Shown here: one piece after another, positions 19,242-29,535 of the stretch
Layout: every line of letters begins with the position of its first letter
Numbering within the stretch: the first letter of the stretch is position 1
Source of the DNA: a virus
DNA: 64,000 bases
IMG/VR virus record: IMGVR_UViG_3300045988_183378
Reading direction: 5' to 3' (one strand)
The notes under the pieces: model-generated
What the model saw: the letters and a program-made list of their open reading frames with translations, nothing else
What the model was told of the DNA's origin: nothing
The model's database searches: none
Made by a program: the position numbers and the translations under genes

Positions 19242-21008
19242 ATGACAAAACAGAAATTTTTAAATTGTGCAGATAAAAATGAGAAGAGAGCTATTAAATT
19301 TATAACAGAACAAGAAAATGAGCAGTATCAATGCCATTATCAATTTGTTGCATTAAATGTTAATGATTCATCTAAGACAGCAGTTTTTAGGTCTAATGCA
19401 AAAGATGTGCTTTCTAATCTCAATAAAGATTATTTAAACGAAGAATATAATAGATATATGTGCATTAACCCATTAAAGACATCTGTTGTTTCAGATAAAG
19501 AATTCTACGACAAAATTGAAATAGGTTTTTCTACTTCAGGGTATAGTACTGGTAAGACACCACATAGTAGAATACAAAAGCGAATGGCTAGGTGTGAAAA
19601 GAACATATTCTGTCTAAAAGCTATATGTGTAAGAATAATATGGCCAGAAGAAGATTATAAAGACAATATTCAATATTTCCTCAATAACTATGATTATATT
19701 TTAGGAGATGCCCCAAAGCCTAATATTATTAACGCTATATATAATGAAGTTGAATTAATATATGGCATTGAAGAATTATCAAAGGATCTCTTGTGGAAAT
19801 ATAATCTGGTAGGAAAGGTATTGTCACAGGTTATAAATAAACAAATAGACATAAATGGAATTTCATTAGGTTTCCCTGAAGTAGACAAAGAGTCAGTAAA
19901 ATGTGACTCTTTAATTCGTGTACCTGGAACTTATGATGCAATAAATTTTGAGACTCCAACATTATTATTTATTAATAAGAATAAAACAACTGTACATGAT
20001 TTATATAACACATTACACCCTTTATATTTTATAAAGAATAATGACAGATTGCATGATATTGTAAACTATGAAGATTCAGACAGCAAAAGTAGCAATAAAT
20101 TAAACCTTCCTTCATATTTACAGGATAATTTAATAAACAGAATAGAATTCCTTAATAATTTTGCTAAGGATGCTGTTCCTAAGTATGTTGATAAATTAGA
20201 TTTTGCATATTACGCATACAATACTTTGAGAGCAGCATATGATGATGAAACTGCAAAAAAGGAAATGCTGAAGCTAACAAAGAAAACTTTAGAGCCATTA
20301 TCAATTGATGAATTAGAACTATTTACATTCAAAGATTTTAATAATGTTAATAATGTGAATTGGTGTAAATTTAAAACAACGACCTTCATAAAAGGGTTAG
20401 GGTTGGATCCACTTACAGCAAGAAGAGAATATGGTCTTAAAAATCTTGAAGGCTATAGAATGGAAGAAAAGTTAAAGAAAAAAGAACAGGTAGAAAGAAA
20501 CAAAAAACGAAGAGAATTTAAATATAATAAAATTGTAGAATTATATGCAATGGGTAAAACATATAAGGAAATAATGAAAGAATTGCATGTATCTTCAAAT
20601 GTAATTTCACGAAAGCTTACTGAAGATGCTGACAGACTTGAACAGATAAAAAATAATATCAAAGAAGTTAATAAAAGAAAAATTGTTGGCGCTACACGGA
20701 GGAATCCCATAGTAGACAAACAAAAGCTTGTAAAAAAATATAAAGAAAAGTTAGATACAATAAAAAAATATGCAAACAAATATAGAATACTTAAAAAGAA
20801 AATAAAGGAATTTATTTTAAATTCAAGCTTTTTTAATTTATTTGAAAAAATATATTATCAGGATAAAAAATGGGGACTATGGAAAGATGATGTTGACGAT
20901 ATCATCTTTAAACTTGATGTCTGCGGATTTATGAATAAACATAGCTTAAGTCATAATGACGTAAGTATTGCTCTTAATGCAAATTACAGGCTAGTATTTG
21001 ATTTATAA
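19242..21008 (+). CDS. putative primase-polymerase (AEP-like) replication protein with C-terminal HTH
   Basis: AEP-motif-III-like CDSLIRVPGTYDAIN, possible motif II FSTSGYSTGKTPHS; C-terminal HTH ELYAMGKTYKEIMKELHVSSNVISRKL; start at 19242 after gcgaggttattt. Confidence 0.4.
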   Translation: MTKQKFLNCADKNEKRAIKFITEQENEQYQCHYQFVALNVNDSSKTAVFRSNAKDVLSNLNKDYLNEEYNRYMCINPLKTSVVSDKEFYDKIEIGFSTSGYSTGKTPHSRIQKRMARCEKNIFCLKAICVRIIWPEEDYKDNIQYFLNNYDYILGDAPKPNIINAIYNEVELIYGIEELSKDLLWKYNLVGKVLSQVINKQIDINGISLGFPEVDKESVKCDSLIRVPGTYDAINFETPTLLFINKNKTTVHDLYNTLHPLYFIKNNDRLHDIVNYEDSDSKSSNKLNLPSYLQDNLINRIEFLNNFAKDAVPKYVDKLDFAYYAYNTLRAAYDDETAKKEMLKLTKKTLEPLSIDELELFTFKDFNNVNNVNWCKFKTTTFIKGLGLDPLTARREYGLKNLEGYRMEEKLKKKEQVERNKKRREFKYNKIVELYAMGKTYKEIMKELHVSSNVISRKLTEDADRLEQIKNNIKEVNKRKIVGATRRNPIVDKQKLVKKYKEKLDTIKKYANKYRILKKKIKEFILNSSFFNLFEKIYYQDKKWGLWKDDVDDIIFKLDVCGFMNKHSLSHNDVSIALNANYRLVFDL

Positions 21009-21366
21009 AAAAAAATAATATCAATATTTTAGAATTTGGAATGGCGTATACACGGTATTCTTATTAAAGTTACCCTAAAATCAAATGAATCATTTCATAT
21101 ATTATTTTTATAAATTTTAGAAATATCAACAGCATCCAGAATTATATTTTTGAATATTTTTGATATACAAATTAATCTATTAATAAGCTGATTCATATTT
21201 TAGTAACTATTTGTTTTCTAAAATGTAATTTTACAAAAATTATAGTAAAACTCCATACTCTATTATTAATAAATTTGATATTTTCATATTAATTAAATTA
21301 AGTCTAAAAATTACTTTATTATTTATTGTAATAAAGGAATAAAAATTATATACATACTCCTATTAA

Positions 21367-21382
21367 TTTTTCTGTCATATAT
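21367..21382 (+). promoter_or_regulatory. conserved promoter motif
   Basis: core 21372-21378; ATG 21417. Confidence 0.55.
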
Positions 21383-21416
21383 CTATCAGAATATAATTAA
21401 TAAAGGAGAAGAAATA

Positions 21417-21803
21417 ATGAATAAAAATATATTAAATCATTTTTTCTTAAAGAAATATAACTCTGTTGCTGCAGGTTATACAACTTATTGGCGTGATATT
21501 GAAAAATATACAGCTATGCAGCAGACAAAGTTATGTGTAACTTTGTTAATTTCTATTTTTACAAATTCGAATTTATTAACTACAGGTTTAATACATATTA
21601 TATTAAGTATAATAAGTATTTTGTCTTATGTTATATTCTTTACTATTCTTATAGGATTTATAAATGATGTACATTATTTTAAATCTGATGTAAGAAGAGT
21701 AAAACAATATTCTTTTTTAGTGGATGAAAGAATTATTCAAGTTTGTAAAGAGATAGATAAACTTCCTAAGTATTATTATTCAGGGTTGTTTTTCTATTTA
21801 TGA
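21417..21803 (+). CDS. small membrane protein, unknown
   Basis: ORF track; hydrophobic core LCVTLLISIFT...IIILSIISILSYVIFFTILIGFI. Confidence 0.4.
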   Translation: MNKNILNHFFLKKYNSVAAGYTTYWRDIEKYTAMQQTKLCVTLLISIFTNSNLLTTGLIHIILSIISILSYVIFFTILIGFINDVHYFKSDVRRVKQYSFLVDERIIQVCKEIDKLPKYYYSGLFFYL

Positions 21804-21858
21804 TTCAGAAGCATACATTGTATTGCATAAAACAATATAATGTATGCTTTTTATTTTA

Positions 21859-21874
21859 TTTTTCTGTCATTAAT
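21859..21874 (+). promoter_or_regulatory. conserved promoter motif (CTGTCATta)
   Basis: core 21864-21870; ATG 21909. Confidence 0.5.
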
Positions 21875-21908
21875 TTGTTAAATAATATTGAAAAGGAGAA
21901 CAAATTAT

Positions 21909-23660
21909 ATGTGTATAACATGGAAGAAGAAAAATACTGATGAGGTAAATTTTATTGAAAAAGCAAATAAATATTTTGCTGATTTTAATAATGGTAGAGA
22001 AACATCTGAATATTACAAAATTTCCGATTTTGACAAGGCGTTTAATTTACTTAGTTTATTTAAATATAAGCCAGTTAGAATAATAGGAGATTATGATACC
22101 GATGGAATATGTTCAACATCTGAATTAAATCTTATGTTATTAGACCTTAAATTCTCAGATGTAAAATGGTATATACCAGATAGAGAATTAGATGGATATG
22201 GAGCTTCTGCAAATATTGTAGAATATTTATGTAATGAAATATCAATTCATGGTTTACCAGTTATAAAAAATTATGATACAGGATTGTTAATAACTGTAGA
22301 TAATGGTATCGCAGCTCTTGATGCAATAACAAAGGCAAAAGAATTAGGTTGGAGTGTTCTTATTTTAGATCATCACCTTCCAGTTACTGACGAAACCAAT
22401 AAAAAAATATTGCCACCTGCAGATGTAATTATTGATCCTCATGCAGTTGATTGTGGTGCAAAATTCTCAGATTATTGTGGTGCAGGACTTGTATATAAAT
22501 TTGCTCAGCATATTAAACAATTAAATTTGCCAGAATGGTATATCAAAGATGAAACAATAGATAAGATAAATGGTCTTGCTGCTATTGCAACTGTTGGTGA
22601 TAGTGTTAATTTAATTGAAAATATTAATGGAGTATATGGATATGATAATTATTTAATACTCAAGAACGGGCTATTCACATTAACACAGAATTCTGGACGT
22701 ACAACCGGGATGTTCTGCTTACTTGTAGGCCTTAAACCAGATCTTGAAACTGTTGTAACAACTGATGATTTAGCTTATTTAATAAGTCCTACCATTAACG
22801 CTATTTCAAGACTGGAAACTTTTGGTTCTAATCAGGTAGTAGACCTTTTCCTTCAGAATGACAATGACTTTGTTACAGCAATTGCAAAAGCAAAGGTTTT
22901 AGTAGAAGCAAATGAAAGAAGAAAGGCATATACTAATGACCTTTTACCTGTTTTAAAACAGCGTATAGAGGAAGCTCATATGGAAAATGACTATCCTATT
23001 GTTATATGTGGTAAGGAAGGAGAAATACATCCGGGAGTTATTGGCTTAATTGCCGGTAAGTTACAGGAAGAATACAATACTTCTGTTATTGTATTTGCTC
23101 CAATAAATAATGGTACCGCCTATAAAGGTTCTGCAAGAGCACCAGAAATTGAAGGGGCAAATGTTAATATGAAGTTATTATTAGATCAGGTTAAGCAGTA
23201 TATGGGTAATTATGGAGGACATCCGTATGCAGCAGGTATTTCAGAAGTTAAAGCTGAAAATATGGATAAGTTTATTGAAGCTATACATGAAGCTGCAGGA
23301 GAAAAGCCAAAAGAGTTCAATTACAAGTATTATGATTACGATATTACAGTAGAGCAGGTAAAGGAAGAGCAGGAAGCCTTTCATAATTATATCTTTGGCA
23401 AAGGATTTGAAGAGCCAAGATATAAAATTTCTTATATGACAGAACTAAGAAAAGGTGTATATTATCAGCTTTTGGGTGCTGAAAAAAAGGTTTTAAAACT
23501 CTTTAATAATCAGGCTAACGCAATTAATTTTGGCGGGTTAGTTGAAAAATTTGAAAAGCTTGGAGAACCAACTGTTTTAACTTTATATGGAAGATTAAGT
23601 GAAAATACATGGAATGGCGTAACAACTCCACAGATTATTTTCGATGATATTGATTATTAA
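21909..23660 (+). CDS. RecJ-like DHH/DHHA1 single-strand DNA exonuclease
   Basis: DHH motifs GDYDTDGICS, ITVDNG, LILDHHLP; DHHA1 GGHPYAAGIS; RBS aaaggagaacaaattatATG. Confidence 0.7.
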   Translation: MCITWKKKNTDEVNFIEKANKYFADFNNGRETSEYYKISDFDKAFNLLSLFKYKPVRIIGDYDTDGICSTSELNLMLLDLKFSDVKWYIPDRELDGYGASANIVEYLCNEISIHGLPVIKNYDTGLLITVDNGIAALDAITKAKELGWSVLILDHHLPVTDETNKKILPPADVIIDPHAVDCGAKFSDYCGAGLVYKFAQHIKQLNLPEWYIKDETIDKINGLAAIATVGDSVNLIENINGVYGYDNYLILKNGLFTLTQNSGRTTGMFCLLVGLKPDLETVVTTDDLAYLISPTINAISRLETFGSNQVVDLFLQNDNDFVTAIAKAKVLVEANERRKAYTNDLLPVLKQRIEEAHMENDYPIVICGKEGEIHPGVIGLIAGKLQEEYNTSVIVFAPINNGTAYKGSARAPEIEGANVNMKLLLDQVKQYMGNYGGHPYAAGISEVKAENMDKFIEAIHEAAGEKPKEFNYKYYDYDITVEQVKEEQEAFHNYIFGKGFEEPRYKISYMTELRKGVYYQLLGAEKKVLKLFNNQANAINFGGLVEKFEKLGEPTVLTLYGRLSENTWNGVTTPQIIFDDIDY

Positions 23661-23741
23661 TATCTGAATACACAACACAACAACTAAATATTTTAATAAA
23701 TAAGGCAATTTTATTGATTTGAGATTGTCTTATTTTTCTTT

Positions 23742-23757
23742 TTAAGCTGTCATATTT
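23742..23757 (+). promoter_or_regulatory. conserved promoter motif
   Basis: core 23747-23753; ATG 23791. Confidence 0.55.
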
Positions 23758-23790
23758 TTAATATAAAGTTTTATATATTGGAGGAAAAAT

Positions 23791-24282
23791 ATGGAAAATA
23801 ATAGACAGATTATATTAGCAATAGATCCAGGAGATGTTAAATCGGCTTATTCATTATTAGATAGTAATTATCATATATTGGACAAAGGATTATTAGATAA
23901 TAATGAATTATTAAAATTAATGAATAAAATTGATTTTGATATTTTAGCAATAGAAATGATAGCTTCATATGGTATGGCAGTAGGAAAAACTGTATTTGAT
24001 ACATGTGTATGGATTGGCAGATTCATTCAAGTAACTGAAAGCAGAAATATTAAATGGACGCAAATATACAGAATAGAAGAAAAACAATTTATTTGCCATG
24101 ATTCAAGAGCAAAGGATGCGAATATAAGGCAAGCATTAATAGATAGATTTGGAATTGTAGGAACTAAAAAGAATCCGGGATGGTTTTATGGCTTTAAAAA
24201 AGATATCTGGGCTTCATATGCTGTTGGTGTAGTCTATTTAGATAAAAAGAGAGAAGAGTTGCTTAAACAAAATGTCTCTTAA
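23791..24282 (+). CDS. RuvC-like Holliday junction resolvase
   Basis: N-terminal IILAIDPGDVKSAYSLLD (RuvC catalytic Asp motif), LAIEMIASYG second acidic motif. Confidence 0.6.
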   Translation: MENNRQIILAIDPGDVKSAYSLLDSNYHILDKGLLDNNELLKLMNKIDFDILAIEMIASYGMAVGKTVFDTCVWIGRFIQVTESRNIKWTQIYRIEEKQFICHDSRAKDANIRQALIDRFGIVGTKKNPGWFYGFKKDIWASYAVGVVYLDKKREELLKQNVS

Positions 24283-24320
24283 ATATAAATTAAATTAATT
24301 TATGTAAAAAATTGTTAAAC

Positions 24321-24336
24321 AAAAACTGTCATATAT
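24321..24336 (+). promoter_or_regulatory. conserved promoter motif
   Basis: core 24326-24332; ATG 24373. Confidence 0.55.
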
Positions 24337-24372
24337 ATCAATGTATAAATCATTTTTTAGGAGGAATTAAAT

Positions 24373-25467
24373 ATGGGAAGACCACCAAAGAATATTAATA
24401 CCGAAACACAGGGTAACGAATCAATTTCAAATGACAAATTAAAAGCACTTGATGCTGCAATGTTAGAAATTGAAAAGACCTATGGCAAAGGTTCTGTCTT
24501 TAAATTAGGTGATACAAAGAAATTAAATGTTGAAACATTTTCATCAGGTTCCTTAGCACTGGATCAGGCTTTAGGCGGAGGAATTCCAAAAGGAAGAATT
24601 ATAGAAGTATTTGGCCCGGAATCAAGTGGTAAAACAACTTTAACCTTGCATATGATTGCAGAAACACAAAAAAATGGTGGAATTGCCGGGTTTATTGATG
24701 CTGAACATGCATTAGACCCTGTTTATGCTTCTAATTTAGGTGTGGATATAAATAATTTATATATTTCACAGCCAGACAGCGGAGAACAGGCTTTAGAAAT
24801 AGCAGAAACAATGGTAAGATCCGGAGCTTTAGATTTGGTTGTAATAGATTCTGTAGCAGCTCTTGTACCTAAGGCAGAAATTGATGGAGAAATGGGGGAT
24901 TCACATGTTGGATTACAAGCAAGACTTATGTCGCAGGCTTTAAGGAAACTGACTCCCGTTGTAAGTAAAAGTAATTGTTCAGTTATTTTTATTAATCAGT
25001 TAAGAGAAAAGGTTGGAATTATGTTTGGCAACCCAGAAACAACAACTGGGGGACGAGCATTAAAGTTTTACTCTTCTGTAAGAATTGATGTACGAAGAAT
25101 TGAGTCAATTAAGGAAGGCGGAGCTATTGTTGCTAACAGAACAAAAGCAAAGGTAGTTAAAAATAAAATAGCTCCTCCATTTAAGGAGGCAACATTTGAA
25201 ATTTCATTTGGTAAAGGTATAGACAAGAATGGCGAAATAATTGATTTAGCTGTTGAACATGGATTTATCAATAAAACTGGAGCTTGGTTTACAGATGCAG
25301 AAGATTCTAGTTTAAGATGGCAGGGCAGAGCAAATGCTAAATTATATATAGAAGAGCACTCGGAATATAAAGATAAATTAGAAACTTTAATCAGAAAAAG
25401 ACTTAAGGGAGAAGACGACATTTCACCCTTTATTGAAAAAAATATAAAAAATGTAATTGATGAGTAA
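24373..25467 (+). CDS. recA: RecA recombinase
   Basis: [18 protein letters not shown], Walker [98 protein letters not shown]. Confidence 0.92.
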   Translation: MGRPPKNINTETQGNESISNDKLKALDAAMLEIEKTYGKGSVFKLGDTKKLNVETFSSGSLALDQALGGGIPKGRIIEVFGPESSGKTTLTLHMIAETQKNGGIAGFIDAEHALDPVYASNLGVDINNLYISQPDSGEQALEIAETMVRSGALDLVVIDSVAALVPKAEIDGEMGDSHVGLQARLMSQALRKLTPVVSKSNCSVIFINQLREKVGIMFGNPETTTGGRALKFYSSVRIDVRRIESIKEGGAIVANRTKAKVVKNKIAPPFKEATFEISFGKGIDKNGEIIDLAVEHGFINKTGAWFTDAEDSSLRWQGRANAKLYIEEHSEYKDKLETLIRKRLKGEDDISPFIEKNIKNVIDE

Positions 25468-25486
25468 AAATCATCATATTATTTTT

Positions 25487-25502
25487 TATTTCTGTCATAT
25501 TA
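25487..25502 (+). promoter_or_regulatory. conserved promoter motif upstream of 460-bp noncoding leader
   Basis: core 25492-25498; next gene ATG only at 25953. Confidence 0.45.
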
Positions 25503-25546
25503 TATATGCTTTCAAATTAATGGAGTATTTTGAGTATTATTTACAA

Positions 25547-25560
25547 CATCCTACTTTTTA
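25547..25560 (+). repeat. direct repeat CATCCTACTTTTTA, copy 1
   Basis: three copies at 25547, 25636, 25801 in the recA-downstream noncoding region. Confidence 0.5.
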
Positions 25561-25635
25561 AAATAAAAAACAATTTGGTTATTATATTTGTTGTAAGCTG
25601 ACTCAGATTTATATTTTAAGGCATAATATATATAG

Positions 25636-25649
25636 CATCCTACTTTTTA
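25636..25649 (+). repeat. direct repeat CATCCTACTTTTTA, copy 2
   Basis: identical 14-mer. Confidence 0.5.
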
Positions 25650-25800
25650 ATACTCAAATAGTAAGTATGATTATATCAGGTTTTCTTTTGAGATATCCTG
25701 CGGGATTAAATAAAGAATAAACTTGTTATAATCATAAATCCTTTTGCTATATGCTGATGTATTAAAATATAAAAAAATATATAATAATATTTATGCTAAA

Positions 25801-25814
25801 CATCCTACTTTTAT
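25801..25814 (+). repeat. direct repeat CATCCTACTTTTaT, copy 3
   Basis: 13/14 match. Confidence 0.45.
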
Positions 25815-25952
25815 TCTAAATTATGAAAAATTATTTTTTTTGTTTAACGCTGATTATTATATTATTTGAGTCTTAATGTCATAGTAAATAAACTATGATA
25901 TTAAGACTTTTTTTGTAAGAACTATTGTGTTTATTTTTTTGGAGGTTATATT

Positions 25953-28487
25953 ATGAACAAATCTATTAATTCTATTTTATTTAACAATCTATCTAAGTTT
26001 TCAATCCCACAAAATCCCATTGATATTGAATATGAAAACATTAATATGGCTTTATCAGTCAATAGAAATTTGGAAAGTTATGGTTATACATTAAGCACGG
26101 ATGCTATATCTGCATTAGCTAAATTGCCTGCACAGGAAATATGTGAGGTATATAATGATTTGACAGATATTATTAAAGAATATAAAGGGATTGATGAATT
26201 TAATTCTGTTGAGTTATTCTATCCTAATTTCCCGGAAGAAGTCATGGATAAATCTGAGGAAGCATTATATATTAATTCGTTATTATATTATACATTTTCC
26301 CAGACAGATGATGAAAGATGTAAAACGATAGCACAAATGATAAGAGATTCTGTAACTGAGGAAAAAGTTGACAGGCTCCCATTATTGGAAAACTTCCCTG
26401 ACAAATTAAAGGTAATTAATAATACAAATATAAAAGAATTAGATGAATTAATGATAAACAGAATTCATGCGCCAAAAGGTATGAATGAAGAAAACTTGAA
26501 AGATGTTGAAACATATTTTCGTGAATATCCATTTAAAATTGACCAAATTGTTTCAACCGAGATACCTTATCAGAGTAAAGAAAATTTAGTTAAAACAGCT
26601 AGTCTATTATATAAACTGGGTGCAAGAAATTCAGCAGTTAATATGATAAAGGATTCTAAAGATGTATTAAGATTTGCAGCAGAACTTTCAAATCAGAATT
26701 TTGGAAACAAAGTTAATGATATATCATTAAATACTAAGAAAACAGTTTCAAATAAGAACGGCAAAGTTAAATATAAGTTAACCAATTCAGACAAAAGGTT
26801 AATAAAGGATATGTTAAATAACTGTCCAAATCTTTACTATGATATCTGGAAGGATGAAGGATTATATAAGAGATTAATGAATAGAATTGATTCACATACT
26901 GGTCCTGAAAGAGTAGTAAAGGCATTTGATAATCTTGCTAATAAAATAAAAAAGGATGAAAATGGTAAGGATATTATTCCAGTCCCAAGACAGTTTGAAA
27001 AAGCGATAGATAATCTTATTAAAGTTTCATCATTTGAAAATGTACAAAAATTTAATAAGCTTGCGGATAATTTCCCTGGGTATTTTGTTCAGCATTATAT
27101 TCAGTATGTTGATGAAGCAGCAAAAGAAGGCAATGGTTTAGCTTTAACTTCAATTGCAAACAAAATTATGTATTGTAATGTTCCTGTGCAGTCAATGCTT
27201 ACTATGTATAATTCGTTTGAATTAAGAAATAAAGAACATGAGAATAGAATTTATAAGAATAAAAATGGAAAATTATTAGTTTCAGACAATAAACCGTTAC
27301 ATCTTTCAGATGCTCAAATGAATAATATAAGAAATATTATTAGACAGACTATTGTTCATAACATTTCAGATACAAAACAGTTGGGTAAAGTATATATTGA
27401 CCCTAAATTAGAAGATATTAAAATTCCTTTAAGAGATATGAGAGATTGTTCTGCAGGTAATATTATTCCTCCATATAGTAGATTATCAGGTGATCAGAAT
27501 AAAAACTTATTAGCTTATGGAATATACTGGAAAAATTATAAGGATAATAATGGACATGAAGTAAGAGGGGACATTGATTTAAGTGTTAAGTTTTATAATG
27601 ATAAAAACATAACAGTTGATACCCTGTATTATTATAATTTAAAATCCGGAAAATTTGGTGTACATAGTGGCGATTACACAGATGCCCCAAATGGTGCTAC
27701 TGAAATGGTTTTATTAGATAAAAAAGCTATGAAAGATGCCGGTATTAAATATGCTGTTGTAGAAATTCATGGATTCTCAGTGCCATTTAATAAAGCTGAA
27801 GGACTTAAATTTATTGAAATGGAAAAAGAGGGTTCTTTAGGTGAGTATATGGATACAAGAAAAGCATGTCATAGGGATCATGATGCTGAATATGATGATT
27901 ATGATGAGGTTATTGATTTTACTAAAGATGAACGATCTGTTATTTTCCTTGGAAAACAGTTCGAAATATCACAGATTGAGCATCCAATTAAAATAAATGC
28001 AGCATCAACCATGGCAACTCCATGTGTTTATGATGTAGAAAACGATGCGACATATTGGATTGATCATGTAGGCAGTTTAAATTTAGGGCAGAATGTTGTT
28101 TCAAATGATTTAAATAAACAGACATCAGTTGAATTAGGATATATATTAAATAACGCTATTCCAGATATGAAACAATTATTTGATTTATATGCCGAAGGCT
28201 GCGGAGAGCTTACAACTGATATAAAAGAGGCTGATACAGTGTTCTCATTATATCCACTAGATGTTCAAAAAGAAGGTCTAAAAGAGAATGCAAAGGTAGT
28301 ATCATCGTATGACCTTGATTATATTTCTAATGAATTTTGCGGTAAATCTGAAAAATTAGATAATCCTGTTGCAAATAAGGAATTAGAAAAAGTAACAGTA
28401 AAGGCAGCAGATGAATTAGATTTAAAGAATTTATCTAAAGTAGAACATAAGGAAAATAGAATATTTGATGACGAATTAGAATTATAG
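25953..28487 (+). CDS. large hypothetical protein (844 aa)
   Basis: ORF track; RBS ttggaggttatattATG; no recognised motifs; TAG stop. Confidence 0.5.
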   Translation: MNKSINSILFNNLSKFSIPQNPIDIEYENINMALSVNRNLESYGYTLSTDAISALAKLPAQEICEVYNDLTDIIKEYKGIDEFNSVELFYPNFPEEVMDKSEEALYINSLLYYTFSQTDDERCKTIAQMIRDSVTEEKVDRLPLLENFPDKLKVINNTNIKELDELMINRIHAPKGMNEENLKDVETYFREYPFKIDQIVSTEIPYQSKENLVKTASLLYKLGARNSAVNMIKDSKDVLRFAAELSNQNFGNKVNDISLNTKKTVSNKNGKVKYKLTNSDKRLIKDMLNNCPNLYYDIWKDEGLYKRLMNRIDSHTGPERVVKAFDNLANKIKKDENGKDIIPVPRQFEKAIDNLIKVSSFENVQKFNKLADNFPGYFVQHYIQYVDEAAKEGNGLALTSIANKIMYCNVPVQSMLTMYNSFELRNKEHENRIYKNKNGKLLVSDNKPLHLSDAQMNNIRNIIRQTIVHNISDTKQLGKVYIDPKLEDIKIPLRDMRDCSAGNIIPPYSRLSGDQNKNLLAYGIYWKNYKDNNGHEVRGDIDLSVKFYNDKNITVDTLYYYNLKSGKFGVHSGDYTDAPNGATEMVLLDKKAMKDAGIKYAVVEIHGFSVPFNKAEGLKFIEMEKEGSLGEYMDTRKACHRDHDAEYDDYDEVIDFTKDERSVIFLGKQFEISQIEHPIKINAASTMATPCVYDVENDATYWIDHVGSLNLGQNVVSNDLNKQTSVELGYILNNAIPDMKQLFDLYAEGCGELTTDIKEADTVFSLYPLDVQKEGLKENAKVVSSYDLDYISNEFCGKSEKLDNPVANKELEKVTVKAADELDLKNLSKVEHKENRIFDDELEL

Positions 28488-28505
28488 TTTATTATTTTAT
28501 AATTA

Positions 28506-28537
28506 AACTGTCAGGACGATTCCTGACAGTTTTTTTA
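28506..28537 (+). terminator. rho-independent terminator
   Basis: ctgtcaggacgattcctgacagttttttt. Confidence 0.6.
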
Positions 28538-28538
28538 T

Positions 28539-28554
28539 TTCCTCTGTCATATTA
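28539..28554 (+). promoter_or_regulatory. conserved promoter motif (CTGTCATATTAAAAATATA, same extended form as 59239)
   Basis: core 28544-28550; ATG 28590. Confidence 0.55.
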
Positions 28555-28589
28555 AAAATATAATATATTTTTTAATTATGGAGGACTTT

Positions 28590-29012
28590 ATGTTTAAAAT
28601 TATGAGAAAAACAAAACAAAAACAAGTGTCAAGACAAAAAATTAGATATGAATTAAACCAGATAATCAATAATTTCATTTCAGAAATTAATTACGAATAT
28701 ATTTTTAGTTATAATTTTAATATATACAATGGAATTTCTGCATTTACAATTTCGGAAGACAGAATAAGATTTAATGCTAAAGATAAGAAGGTTCATATTA
28801 TTCAAAATGATCACAAAGATAAATTCATAATGAATTATGATAAGTTAAGAAATTTACTAATTAAATATTATGATCTGGATAAATCAGTATTAGAAAATCC
28901 AGTATTAACATATACATTCGTGGATAACAAAAGCAACATTATAAAAATAGTTTTAATAGAAAATTTTGTAGCAGATGCAGATTCTAATTTGATTAGAATT
29001 TTGATTAAATGA
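28590..29012 (+). CDS. hypothetical protein
   Basis: track ORF 28578..29012; ATG 28590 has better RBS (ggagga). Confidence 0.4.
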   Translation: MFKIMRKTKQKQVSRQKIRYELNQIINNFISEINYEYIFSYNFNIYNGISAFTISEDRIRFNAKDKKVHIIQNDHKDKFIMNYDKLRNLLIKYYDLDKSVLENPVLTYTFVDNKSNIIKIVLIENFVADADSNLIRILIK

Positions 29013-29027
29013 TATTTTATGTCATAT
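29012..29027 (+). promoter_or_regulatory. promoter motif variant (TTTTATGTCATATATA) driving standalone repeat-element unit
   Basis: core aTGTCAT 29017-29023. Confidence 0.35.
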
Positions 29028-29058
29028 ATAAAACATTCAATTAAAAAGGAAAAATCAA

Positions 29059-29115
29059 TTATCGAAGAATAGCAGGAAAACTCTATTCGACAATAGTCAA
29101 TTGTGAATAGTTCAT
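29059..29115 (+). repeat. 57-bp hairpin repeat element, copy 3 (standalone, between promoter-like motif and terminator)
   Basis: TTATCGAAGAATAGCAGGAAAACTCtAtTCGACAATAGTCaaTTGTGAaTAGTTCAT; compensatory changes keep hairpin. Confidence 0.7.
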
Positions 29116-29140
29116 AAAATAATTTAGAAATTAATATTTT

Positions 29141-29173
29141 AGCAGGAGATAAGCAAGCATCTCCTGCTTTTGT
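29141..29173 (+). terminator. rho-independent terminator
   Basis: agcaggagataagcaagcatctcctgcttttg. Confidence 0.6.
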
Positions 29174-29214
29174 TATATCATCATGAATTTAGAATCTCCT
29201 TTCATTAATGATTT

Positions 29215-29230
29215 TTTTTCTGTCATATCC
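29215..29230 (+). promoter_or_regulatory. conserved promoter motif
   Basis: core 29220-29226; ATG 29263. Confidence 0.55.
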
Positions 29231-29262
29231 TTTATATCAAAAATTTAAAGGAGGAATTTGTT

Positions 29263-29535
29263 ATGAATAAATTCGATTTTACGCCATGGAGAAAGGCTTT
29301 AGCAGTAGAAGTTAACAAAAATAAGGAGGATAATTATCCATATGTATGCAAAAATGTTTCTTCATCAGAAGGCATTGAATTAATAAACAGTGAAGAAAAT
29401 GTTTTTTATTTAGCTCCTGGAGATCATTTATATGCTACAAAGGATCTGGTTGTCGAATCCCTTAAAGCAATTGGCGGATATTGCAGCAATGCGCATATTG
29501 AAGGTAATGAAGTTGTTGTGGAGGCAGTTGCATGA
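29263..29535 (+). CDS. hypothetical protein (90 aa)
   Basis: RBS aaaggaggaatttgttATG; stop overlaps next start (ATGA). Confidence 0.4.
   Translation: MNKFDFTPWRKALAVEVNKNKEDNYPYVCKNVSSSEGIELINSEENVFYLAPGDHLYATKDLVVESLKAIGGYCSNAHIEGNEVVVEAVA

Noticed and set aside
28506-28530. CTGTCAG inside the terminator at 28508 as another promoter motif
   Set aside because: It is part of the hairpin stem (ctgtcagg...cctgacag) and lacks the CATAT -10-like portion.
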